Shown here piece by piece: positions 1 through 7,787 of a DNA stretch of 64,000 nucleotides (positions are counted from its first letter, which is position 1; each line of letters starts with the position of its first letter). Below the pieces are notes generated by a model. The model did not search any database, had not been told where the DNA came from, and saw nothing but the letters and a program-made list of their open reading frames with translations. The stretch lies in contig JBGAML010000018.1 in NCBI GenBank assembly GCA_044223005.1, positions 1-64,000 on the forward strand, read 5' to 3'. The position numbers and the translations under genes are program-made. The DNA comes from Candidatus Eiseniibacteriota bacterium. Lineage in GTDB: Bacteria; Eisenbacteria; RBG-16-71-46.

Positions 1-153
1 CCGGGCGCGCCCGCCGCGGCACGTCCGGCTGGGAGGATTGCGAGATGTCGAGCGAGGAGCGCTCCATCTCCCAGCCGGCGCGCCGCGGCGCCGATCGCAC
101 CACCGTCGCGAGCGAGTGAAACCCCGGCGCCGCCCGACCGCGGCGCCCTGGCG

Positions 154-624
154 TCAGCTCGCCTGCGCCCAGAGACCGTCGTCGTCGAAGCCCTGGCGAT
201 GCAGGGTCGTGAGTCGCGAGCGCAGCCGCGCGATCCGCAGCGGGCTCACGGTCTCGACGCCGTAGCGTTCGTCCCAGAGCAGGTTGCCGCGCAGCCACAC
301 ACGCAGCTCCGGGAACTGCTGCATGAGCGCCATGCTCGTCCGGCCCTTCAGTTCGCGCACTGCGCTGGCCACGCTCTGGGCCGGGCGCAGGCCGAACAGC
401 ACGTGCACGTGATCGCGACCGGCCACCACCTCGGCCAGTTCGAAGTCACGCTCCTCGCACGCCTGCCGGATCAGCTCCTGCAGCGCCTCGACGTGCCGCT
501 CCTTGAGAACGGGTCGGCGCCCCCGCGTGTTCCACGTCACCAGGTAGTGGAGCTGGCTGCGGTACATCGGCTCCCAATCCTGCTCGAGCGCTTGCTTCAC
601 CTGGGGAGCCAGATCGAGTTCCAC
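154..624 (-). CDS. IS200/IS605 TnpA-like (Y1 HUH) protein, apparently lacking the catalytic Tyr
   Basis: LHYLVTWNTRGRRPVL, HUH motif DHVH, ELKGRTS and LWDERYGVETVS match the Y1_Tnp pattern, but there is no YIxxQ helix. GTG start at 624 with AGGAGG about 6-7 nt upstream. Confidence 0.8.
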   Translation of the reverse strand: MELDLAPQVKQALEQDWEPMYRSQLHYLVTWNTRGRRPVLKERHVEALQELIRQACEERDFELAEVVAGRDHVHVLFGLRPAQSVASAVRELKGRTSMALMQQFPELRVWLRGNLLWDERYGVETVSPLRIARLRSRLTTLHRQGFDDDGLWAQAS

Positions 625-648
625 GGCACGTCCTCCTGCGGGGATCGT

Positions 649-662
649 TGAACAAATGTGCA
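649..662. promoter_or_regulatory. Putative SOS box upstream of the TnpA-like gene (TGAAC-N4-GTGCA)
   Basis: One mismatch to the palindrome found in the lexA promoter; lies about 25 nt upstream of the GTG start. Confidence 0.6.
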
Positions 663-673
663 CCATGCGGGGG

Positions 674-700
674 TGAAAAACGGGAGCTTTCGCTCCCGTT
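674..700 (-). terminator. Intrinsic terminator after lexA
   Basis: AACGGGAGC-GAAA-GCTCCCGTT followed by TTT on the minus strand, 15 nt after the lexA stop. Confidence 0.7.
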
Positions 701-715
701 CACTGCTTCCGACTT

Positions 716-1309
716 CTAGAGCGTGCGCACGACACCGCGAACGGTGCCGAGGACGCGGAAGTTCGACTCGCGATTCACCACGATGGGCTGGTACTTCGGG
801 TTCTCGGCGACGAGTTCGATGTGCGCGCGCCGCGGCTGGTAGCGCTTCACCGTCGCCTCGTCCTCGATGAGGGCGACGACGATTTCGCCGGGCCGCGCCG
901 TCTCCTGCTTGCGCACGATGACGTAGTCGCCTTCGTGGATGCCTGCATCGATCATGCTGTCGCCGCGGACCTTCAGCGCGAAGAGCTCCGCGGTCTCGCC
1001 GAACATGTCCGACAGCTCGAGCGACCCGTTGACGTTCTCCTCGGCCAGGATCGGCTGGCCGGCGGCAACGCGGCCGAGGATCGGGATGCCCAGCGGGCGC
1101 GACTCGGCCGTCGCGCGAATGCCCCGCGAGGTCTTGCCCTTGCGCCGGATGTAACCGGCCTTCTCGAGCATGGTGAGGTAGTACCGCACGCCGTTGGTCG
1201 AGCGGATGTCGAAGTGCTCGCCGATCTCGCGGATCGTGGGCGCGGATCCCTGCTCCCTGCGGTATCGCTGGATGAAGGAGTGAATCTCCTTCGCGCGATC
1301 GTTCAGCAT
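716..1309 (-). CDS. lexA: SOS repressor LexA
   Basis: HTH APTIREIGEHF, cleavage site GRVAAG, catalytic GDSM and ATVKR. The ATG at 1309 gives 197 aa. Confidence 0.97.
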   Translation of the reverse strand: MLNDRAKEIHSFIQRYRREQGSAPTIREIGEHFDIRSTNGVRYYLTMLEKAGYIRRKGKTSRGIRATAESRPLGIPILGRVAAGQPILAEENVNGSLELSDMFGETAELFALKVRGDSMIDAGIHEGDYVIVRKQETARPGEIVVALIEDEATVKRYQPRRAHIELVAENPKYQPIVVNRESNFRVLGTVRGVVRTL

Positions 1310-1365
1310 TGGCTGCTCCGTCCCTGATGAGGGTAGGTCCACGGCGTGGACCCGGCACGAACGGG

Positions 1366-1395
1366 ACCATACTGCACACCCGTGCAGCGGGTCAA
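1366..1395 (-). promoter_or_regulatory. lexA promoter (TTGACC-18-TATGGT) with operator palindrome CTGCAC-ACCC-GTGCAG at 1372-1387
   Basis: Perfect 6-N4-6 palindrome lying between the -35 and -10 hexamers. Confidence 0.75.
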
Positions 1396-1901
1396 GGGGC
1401 TTCGCGACGACGCCCGGCTGCCCCGGCAAACGCCCTTCGCAGGAGGCCGTCGTTCGAGCGTCGGGACCGTCGGGAGGTCGTCGTCGTCGCACCCGGCCCA
1501 CGGTGGACCGGGCGCGCCAAGCGATTGCCGCGCAACGAGCGGCTCCCGCGCCGCGTACTGGCAAGACGGTTGCTCTAGTACGTCGGCGAGGCCGCAAGGC
1601 CTCGGTTGCGCCGGCCGCGTCGGGGCCGGTGGTCGAGCCGAGAGGGTCGCTATCGGGGGCCGATCGCTCGAGGCAGGTCGCCGGCTCCACGCGACGGCGC
1701 AATCCAGGAGTCCCGGTCGGCCCGATGTGGACGCATCGGGCCTTCCTTTCCTCGCACGGGATGCGCACGAGGCGCGCCCGGCGTCCGGAACCGGCGGGCC
1801 GCGCAAGGGTGCGGCCGGGTGGTGGAGCGGTGGACGTGGAACGCGCCGACTCCGGACGGCCACCGGCGCGATGCGCAGGCGCCGGAACGACTGCAACGCG
1901 A

Positions 1902-1930
1902 GAGCCCCGGCGCCATCGGCGCCGGGGCTC
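1902..1930 (-). terminator. GC-rich hairpin after TBDR1
   Basis: GAGCCCCGGCGCC-ATC-GGCGCCGGGGCTC, 13-bp stem, no clear U-tract. Confidence 0.5.
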
Positions 1931-1954
1931 CGGGTCGTCGCGAGCGGCGAGCGC

Positions 1955-4117
1955 TCAGAAGCCGAACGTGACCTCGGCCGTGAAGCGCTTGGGCGGCGCG
2001 TAGTAGAACTGCGAGTCGCCGATGTCGCTTTCGGAGACGAAGTGGTGATCGTCGCCGAGGTTCCGGCCCGTCACCGCGACCTTCACCGCGTGCGGCAGGC
2101 TGGCCGTCAGGCCCGCGTCGTACTCGTCGAACGCCGGCGCCCAGAAACGGTTCCGCCGGTTGAGCGGCCGCTCGCCCTGGTGCCGAAGTGCGACCCAGCC
2201 GCCGAGCCACTTCGCCGGCGCGTACGACGCGCGCGCGTTGTAGAGCTCGCGCGGCGCGAGCTCGATGAACTTGCCGTCCACGACACGCAGCGAGCCGGGG
2301 TCGGTCGGGTCGGCGAGGAACGAGAACGTCACGAAGCGCGGATCGTGATGAGCGTAGCCACCCGACAGCGTGAAGCCCGGCAGGCGGGCCGGCGAGATCG
2401 TCGCGCTGACCTCGTAGCCCTTGAAGCGCTCGTGCCCGGCGTTGATCAGCGTGGGCGTGCCGCCCGCACCCAGCGTGTTCACGACCAGGTTGTGGAAGTC
2501 CATCTGGAACGTGTGGGCATCGAACGTCAGCTGGCCCGCGAACGCGCTGCCCTTCACGCCGCCCTCGAGCGAGTGCGTGCGCTCGGGATCGAGGATGTGC
2601 GCGCCCTCGGCCTCGGTGAGGTTCGGCGCCGCGGGCTTGAACGAGCTCTTCCAGTTCGCATAGAAGTTCAGCGCCGACAGCGCGCCGCGGCCGCCGACCG
2701 GCAGGGCGCGGAGCAGCGCCGCGAGGTCGCCCGACCACGCCTGGTCCGTGCGCGCGTCGTCGGCCGTTTCGGGATCGAAGCCCTCTTCCTGGCCGAACGC
2801 GTGCAGCTTCTCGTTCACGTGGTCCCAGCGGCCGCCGCCCGAAAGCGTGAGCTGGGCGTGCGGCGTCCACTCGTCGTGCGCATAGACGCCGAAGAACGTG
2901 CGGCGGTCCTCGAACGAGCGGTGGTCACCGACCGGCACCTCCCACCAGTACGGGATGCTCGACGGGTCGCTCAGCGACTGGTCGAAGTCGAAGCCGGTGC
3001 CCTTCGCCGTCGTGCGGCCCCACGTGATCGCCGCGCCCGTCACCCACTCGTGGCGGCCGGCCAGGTCGATGGTGGTCACGAAGCGTGCGTCGTCGAAGAA
3101 CGTCCGCTCGACCGGCTTCAGCTGGACGCCGGCCGACCCGACCGTGTCGGGATCCGGGAAGTCGGCGAAGAAGCTGCGGATCGAGTTCTGCGTGTCGTTG
3201 GTGTAGTTGATCGTGTTCTCGAACCGCACCTGCGGCAGCAGCGGCTTGGACACGCGATGCGAGAGCGAGACGACATCGTGCTGCACGATCGCGCCCTTCA
3301 CCGCGTAGTTGCGCGTGCGCTCGAAGCCCGGCAGCGGCTCGCCGGCGTCGACGGGCATCGGCGTGCCCCAGTCCTGCTTGTCCGAGAGGCCCGTCACGTC
3401 GAACGCGACGCTGGCGTCGCCGACGCGGCCGGTGAGCGAGAGGCGGCCGCGCTCGACTTCGCCGCGCGTGCGGTCCTGCCAGCCGTCACCCGCGCCGGCG
3501 GAGAGCGCCATGTCCAGCGACCAGTCCTTCGAGATCGACTGCCGGTAGCCGAAGCGGCCGTCGAAGTTGGACCACGAGCCGCCGCCGAGCGTGAGCGAGT
3601 AGGGCGTCGAGGAATCGTGGCGCGTGAACACCTGCACCATGCCCGCGAACGCCGAGACGCCGTAGAGCGAGCCCTGCGGGCCCTTCACGATCTCGATGCG
3701 GTCGATGTCGTCGACCGACACCTGCGCGAGCGACGGGTTGAAGGGGCCGCCGACGGGCACGCCGTCCAGCGTGATGAGCAGGGCATCGAACTCCTTCAGG
3801 CCCCACATGCCGATGTTGGGCAGGCGGCTGCCGTTGTCGGTGCCACCGCCGGTCTCGACGCCGACCACGTCGATCAGGGCGTCGGCGAGCGTGCGCGCGC
3901 CCTGCTGGCGCAGCTGCTCGCCCTTCACGACGACGGCCGCGTTGGGCACTTCGATCGCGGGCTTCTTCGTCTTGGTGGCGGAGACCAGGATGCCGTAGCG
4001 CGCGGGATCGTCGACGACGCGGTCCGCCTCGGCGTCGGCCGCGCGGACGGCCGTGGGCACGAGGGAAAGCAGCAGCAGTGCGGCCGCGCCGAGCGCGGTC
4101 GGGAGTCGGAACGACAT
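1955..4117 (-). CDS. TonB-dependent receptor 1
   Basis: Signal peptide, TonB-box-like ILVSATK, plug motif IDRIEIVKGPQGSLYG, GRNLGD, C-terminal Phe (VTFGF). Confidence 0.95.
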   Translation of the reverse strand: MSFRLPTALGAAALLLLSLVPTAVRAADAEADRVVDDPARYGILVSATKTKKPAIEVPNAAVVVKGEQLRQQGARTLADALIDVVGVETGGGTDNGSRLPNIGMWGLKEFDALLITLDGVPVGGPFNPSLAQVSVDDIDRIEIVKGPQGSLYGVSAFAGMVQVFTRHDSSTPYSLTLGGGSWSNFDGRFGYRQSISKDWSLDMALSAGAGDGWQDRTRGEVERGRLSLTGRVGDASVAFDVTGLSDKQDWGTPMPVDAGEPLPGFERTRNYAVKGAIVQHDVVSLSHRVSKPLLPQVRFENTINYTNDTQNSIRSFFADFPDPDTVGSAGVQLKPVERTFFDDARFVTTIDLAGRHEWVTGAAITWGRTTAKGTGFDFDQSLSDPSSIPYWWEVPVGDHRSFEDRRTFFGVYAHDEWTPHAQLTLSGGGRWDHVNEKLHAFGQEEGFDPETADDARTDQAWSGDLAALLRALPVGGRGALSALNFYANWKSSFKPAAPNLTEAEGAHILDPERTHSLEGGVKGSAFAGQLTFDAHTFQMDFHNLVVNTLGAGGTPTLINAGHERFKGYEVSATISPARLPGFTLSGGYAHHDPRFVTFSFLADPTDPGSLRVVDGKFIELAPRELYNARASYAPAKWLGGWVALRHQGERPLNRRNRFWAPAFDEYDAGLTASLPHAVKVAVTGRNLGDDHHFVSESDIGDSQFYYAPPKRFTAEVTFGF

Positions 4118-4119
4118 GG

Positions 4120-4186
4120 GACGTCCTTTCGTCGGGTAGGTCGATCGATTTAGGGAAGGTTTGTGCGTCGACCGGCGAAGGACGTC
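4120..4186 (-). promoter_or_regulatory. RBS-sequestering hairpin between leader 1 and TBDR1
   Basis: mRNA GACGUCCUU (4186-4178, overlapping the leader stop) is the exact complement of AAGGACGUC (4128-4120, the TBDR1 SD). An inner GGUCGA/UCGACC stem is also present. Confidence 0.7.
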
Positions 4187-4823
4187 AGTTCCGCAGCGGG
4201 TAATACATGAGGAGTCGCGAATGTCCCACGAGTGCCGGAGCCGCCGGAACGACGGCGACGGCCGGCGCGGGGTGCGGACGCGCGGCGGCGGGGGCCCACG
4301 CGAACGGACCGTTCGCGGGCTCGCCCTCCGGCGCCAGGCCGCTCGCTTCGTCGAGCGAGCCGTTCGATGGCCGGCCGATCCCCGCGGGCGGTGTGCGCCC
4401 GGCCCACGCCCAGAAGCGGTGGCCGGCTTCGGAGCGGCCCGCGAGTACGCGCGCGAGTTCGCTCGCGGGCACCGGTGCGAGCGTGAACACCGCGGACGGG
4501 GCCGACTCGCGCTCCTCGTGTTCGCCGCCGGCCCGCAGGACGAGCCGCGCGGAACCGGTCGCCAGCGTCGGCACGCGCCAGCGCACCACGCTCGTGCCCG
4601 CGGGCTGTTCGGCGCAGACGCGGATCGGAGGTGCGACGTCGGAGACGAGCAGGAGCTCGAACTCCTCCACGTCGCCGGGCAGGCGAGGCACGCGCGTCTC
4701 GACGACCGCGCCGGGGACGACGACGCCGGCTGGCGCCGGCGGTGCCGGCAGGCTCGCGGCTGCGGCCTCGACGCTCACGAGGAGGGCGCCGCAGAGAAGT
4801 CGGAGGATCAGGGGGAGCCGCAT
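4185..4823 (-). CDS. Secreted leader protein 1 (signal peptide, small beta domain, Ala/Pro linker, C-terminal YYPLRN); candidate arrest peptide
   Basis: Clear paralog of 7049-7690 (LPGD[VI]EEFELLLV, LVLRAGGExEExES, GxSEAG, PLRN-stop). TATACT lies 9 nt before the ATG. Confidence 0.8.
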   Translation of the reverse strand: MRLPLILRLLCGALLVSVEAAAASLPAPPAPAGVVVPGAVVETRVPRLPGDVEEFELLLVSDVAPPIRVCAEQPAGTSVVRWRVPTLATGSARLVLRAGGEHEERESAPSAVFTLAPVPASELARVLAGRSEAGHRFWAWAGRTPPAGIGRPSNGSLDEASGLAPEGEPANGPFAWAPAAARPHPAPAVAVVPAAPALVGHSRLLMYYPLRN

Positions 4824-4870
4824 GGAGGGCGCAGTATAGGCGAATCGGGTCCCTGGCTCTCGTGACGAGC

Positions 4871-4898
4871 GCCGCCCCGGGGTCACCCCCGGGGCGGC
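4871..4898 (-). terminator. GC-rich hairpin after TBDR2
   Basis: GCCGCCCCGGGG-TCAC-CCCCGGGGCGGC, 12-bp stem. Confidence 0.55.
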
Positions 4899-4923
4899 AC
4901 GAAACACGGCGGTCGAGGGCCGG

Positions 4924-6960
4924 CTACTTCCAGCGAATCGTGAGCCCGGCGTTGAAGTTGCGGGGCAGCCCCGGCTCGAACACCTCTTCGTTCGGCGTCG
5001 TGCCGGCCGGATTGATGAACACCGACGCGGAGTAGGCCTTGTCGAGCAGGTTGTTTCCGGCGACGAACGCCTCCAGCGTCCCCCGGGAGACCGGCAGGCG
5101 ATAGGCGACCGAAGCGTTCACGAGGCCGTACGCCAGCGCCTGGATGGTGTTCTTGTCGTCCGCGTAGTACTTGCCGTTGCCGTTCAGCGAGACGTCGGTG
5201 ACGACGCCGCCACCGCAGCGATAGCGCGCGTGCGCCGCGAACACCATCGCCGGCAGGCCCGCGATGTCGTTGTCGTCGAACGTGCCGCGGTCGCTCGTGT
5301 ACTCGACGTACTGGTTCTTCGAGGCCGTCATCGCGCCGCCGAGGCTGAGGGCCGGGATCGGCTGCCAGTCCAGGCCCAGTTCGAGCCCGCGCCGCCGGGA
5401 CTTGCCCGCGGTGAAGAAGTACGACCCGTTGTTGTACGGAATGATGTCGTTCCGCACGTCGATCCAGTAGAGCGCCACGTCGTAACGCCAGTGCTCCGCC
5501 AGCAGGCCGCGGCTTCCCAGCTCGTACGTCGTCGACACCATCGGCTCGAGGAAGGGATTGAACGACGTGGGCACCACGACCGACGGCGGCGGGTCGATCT
5601 CGTTGAACGCGGGCGACTCGACGCCACCGCCGAGCGAGGCATACACGAGACGTTCGGGCATCTGGTACGACACGCTGCCCTTCGGCGTCAGGTGCGTGAA
5701 GCGCTTCGTCGAGTTGTTGGCGGCGTCGAGGTTGTCCTCGGAGATGTACCAGAGGTCGTCGAACCGCGCCGCCGCGCTGACCGACCACGGGCCCCAGGAC
5801 ACGGACTGCTGCATCCACGCACCCGCGGCATTGGCGCCCTCACGCTTGTCGTCGGTGATCGTCGTGGACTTGCTCCCGCCCGGCCCGAGCGCCGTGAACT
5901 GGATGGCGCCGTCCTGGTAGGCGTCGTCACCGCCCACCGTCGTGCGCATCGTCACGCCCTGTCCGGCCGACCACGCCTGGCTCCAGAGTGCGCTGCCGCC
6001 GACGTGGTAGCGGTTGAACTCCTTGAACTTGTTGCGCTCGGAACGCTGCAGCACCTTCGGTTCGACCCAGAGGGCCGAGGTGAGCGACTGGCCGGCGGGC
6101 GTCTCGCGTTCGAGCGTAGCCGCGACGCGCCCCACGCGGTTGCGCCGCCGCTCGTCGCGGGTCACGAAGTGCGGACGCGCCTGCGTCGGATCCGCGTTCA
6201 TCTCGGCCGAGGTGAGGGCGCCCGGGTAACGGTTGATGTTGCTTGCCGCGTCGAGCAACAGGCCGATGCGCGTCATGTCGTCGACCGGGGCCGTGAGGCG
6301 CAGGTTCGCGATCGTTGCGCTGCTCGAGCTGTGCCGGCGCCAGCCCTCGAACGTGGAGTTGAGCAGCGAGAACGTGCCGCGCGCCCGGCCCAGCGTGAAG
6401 CCCGCCGTGCCCTGCTCGCGGTGATAGCCCCACGCCCCGACGTGCTCGGAGTACGCCGCCCACGGCGTCTCGAAATCGAGGTTGGAGCGCAGGTTGAGCA
6501 CGCCGCCGCTGGCGTTGCCCCAGGTCGTCGAGGCGTTGCTGCGGACGATCTCGATGCGATCCGCGCTGCCGAGGTCCACGAGGTCGAGCGACGTGCGGCC
6601 GTCGGGCTCGGTGACCGGGATGCCATCGGTGAGCACGCGGATGCCGCGCATGTTGCCGACGTTGGAGCGCTCGGCGCTGCCGCGCGCGCCGTAGCCGCGG
6701 ATGGTGACCCGCACGTCCTGGGCGCCGGCGCGGCTCTGCACGAAGACGCCGGGCACGCCCTGCAGCGCGTCGGCGAGGCTCAGGTTGCGCGTGTTGGCGA
6801 AGTCGTCCCGGCGCAGGATCGACACCGCGGCGGGCACGCGCAGCGCCGACTCGGGGATGCGGGTGCCGGTGACGATCACTTCCTTCAGGGGAATGATGGC
6901 CGTGTCCGGTGCGGCCGCGGTCGCGGCGAACACCAGCACGGGAACGAGATGCGAGAGCAT
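4924..6960 (-). CDS. TonB-dependent receptor 2
   Basis: MLSHLVPVLVFAA signal, EVIVTGTR TonB box, IRGYG, ADRIEIVRS, NNLLDKAY. SD GAGGAG. Confidence 0.95.
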   Translation of the reverse strand: MLSHLVPVLVFAATAAAPDTAIIPLKEVIVTGTRIPESALRVPAAVSILRRDDFANTRNLSLADALQGVPGVFVQSRAGAQDVRVTIRGYGARGSAERSNVGNMRGIRVLTDGIPVTEPDGRTSLDLVDLGSADRIEIVRSNASTTWGNASGGVLNLRSNLDFETPWAAYSEHVGAWGYHREQGTAGFTLGRARGTFSLLNSTFEGWRRHSSSSATIANLRLTAPVDDMTRIGLLLDAASNINRYPGALTSAEMNADPTQARPHFVTRDERRRNRVGRVAATLERETPAGQSLTSALWVEPKVLQRSERNKFKEFNRYHVGGSALWSQAWSAGQGVTMRTTVGGDDAYQDGAIQFTALGPGGSKSTTITDDKREGANAAGAWMQQSVSWGPWSVSAAARFDDLWYISEDNLDAANNSTKRFTHLTPKGSVSYQMPERLVYASLGGGVESPAFNEIDPPPSVVVPTSFNPFLEPMVSTTYELGSRGLLAEHWRYDVALYWIDVRNDIIPYNNGSYFFTAGKSRRRGLELGLDWQPIPALSLGGAMTASKNQYVEYTSDRGTFDDNDIAGLPAMVFAAHARYRCGGGVVTDVSLNGNGKYYADDKNTIQALAYGLVNASVAYRLPVSRGTLEAFVAGNNLLDKAYSASVFINPAGTTPNEEVFEPGLPRNFNAGLTIRWK

Positions 6961-7049
6961 CGGCTCCTCCTCACGACGAAAATGGAAATCGGCGCCCGTC
7001 GCGGCGGTCGCGCCGGGGCGTGTCGGGTCGTGTGAGACGAGGAGGCGAT
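6958..7049 (-). promoter_or_regulatory. RBS-sequestering hairpin between leader 2 and TBDR2
   Basis: mRNA CCUCCUC (7045-7039) just after the leader stop pairs with GAGGAGG of the SD. Additional pairings: CACGAC/GUCGUG, AUCG/CGAU and an inner CGGCGC/GCGCCG stem. Confidence 0.7.
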
Positions 7050-7690
7050 CAGTTCCGCAGCGGGCGGAAGGCGGGCAGCCGGCCCGCGCCGCCGGTGCGG
7101 GCGGGAGCGAGGACGGCGAGGCTGGACGATGGAGCGAGGCGACGCGCCGCTCCAGCCGGCGCCGCGAGACCCGTGGCCGGTGCGGGAACCACCGCCGGAA
7201 TCGCATGCGTCGGCGCCAGAGTCGGCGCTTCGGGATCGGAAAGCTCGCCGGCGCACGCGCCTCCGGCGGTGGTGACGATCTCGTACCCGGCTTCGGAATG
7301 CCCCGTGCGCACGCGATCCAGTTCCGTGGCGGGCAGTTCCGCCAGGCGGAACGGCAGCGACGGTTGGGATTCGAGCTCCTCGCCCTCGCCACCGGCGCGG
7401 AGCACGAGCTTCGCCGAGCGCGCCGCCACCGCCGGCATGCACCAGCGGATCACGCGGGTTCCGGCCGGCAGCTCGCGCGAAACCCGGACCGCGGGGCCCT
7501 CGCTCGGCACGAGCAGGAGTTCGAACTCCTCGATGTCCCCGGGCAGGGCGGGGACGCTCGTCTCGACCCACTCGCCGGCCGCGACCGCGTGCGCCGGCGC
7601 CACGGGGGCGGGCAGCGGGGCGGCCATCGCGAGCGTGGCCGACAGCATCGCGCAGGTCAGCGCGGCGGCGAGGGGGAACAGGCGGCGCAT
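7049..7690 (-). CDS. Secreted leader protein 2 (C-terminal FRPLRN); candidate arrest peptide
   Basis: Signal peptide MRRLFPLAAALTCAMLSATLAMA; paralog of 4185-4823; TATACT 9 nt before the ATG. Confidence 0.8.
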   Translation of the reverse strand: MRRLFPLAAALTCAMLSATLAMAAPLPAPVAPAHAVAAGEWVETSVPALPGDIEEFELLLVPSEGPAVRVSRELPAGTRVIRWCMPAVAARSAKLVLRAGGEGEELESQPSLPFRLAELPATELDRVRTGHSEAGYEIVTTAGGACAGELSDPEAPTLAPTHAIPAVVPAPATGLAAPAGAARRLAPSSSLAVLAPARTGGAGRLPAFRPLRN

Positions 7691-7787
7691 GGGCCGCGGA
7701 GTATAGGACACGGGCGGTTGAGATTTCAGCATGCCCCTCCTACTCTCGCCGGTCCGGAAACCCTGTCCCAGCCCTGCCCGGAGCGCC

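Noticed and set aside
120..700. Active IS200/IS605 element with terminal hairpins
   Set aside because: The catalytic Tyr is absent and no tnpB is in view. The 679-700 hairpin is better explained as the lexA terminator. It cannot be fully excluded because the window starts 153 nt downstream of the gene.
1309..1768. N-terminally extended 350-aa LexA
   Set aside because: The extension is low-complexity and spans the promoter and operator. The ATG at 1309 gives a normal-length LexA.
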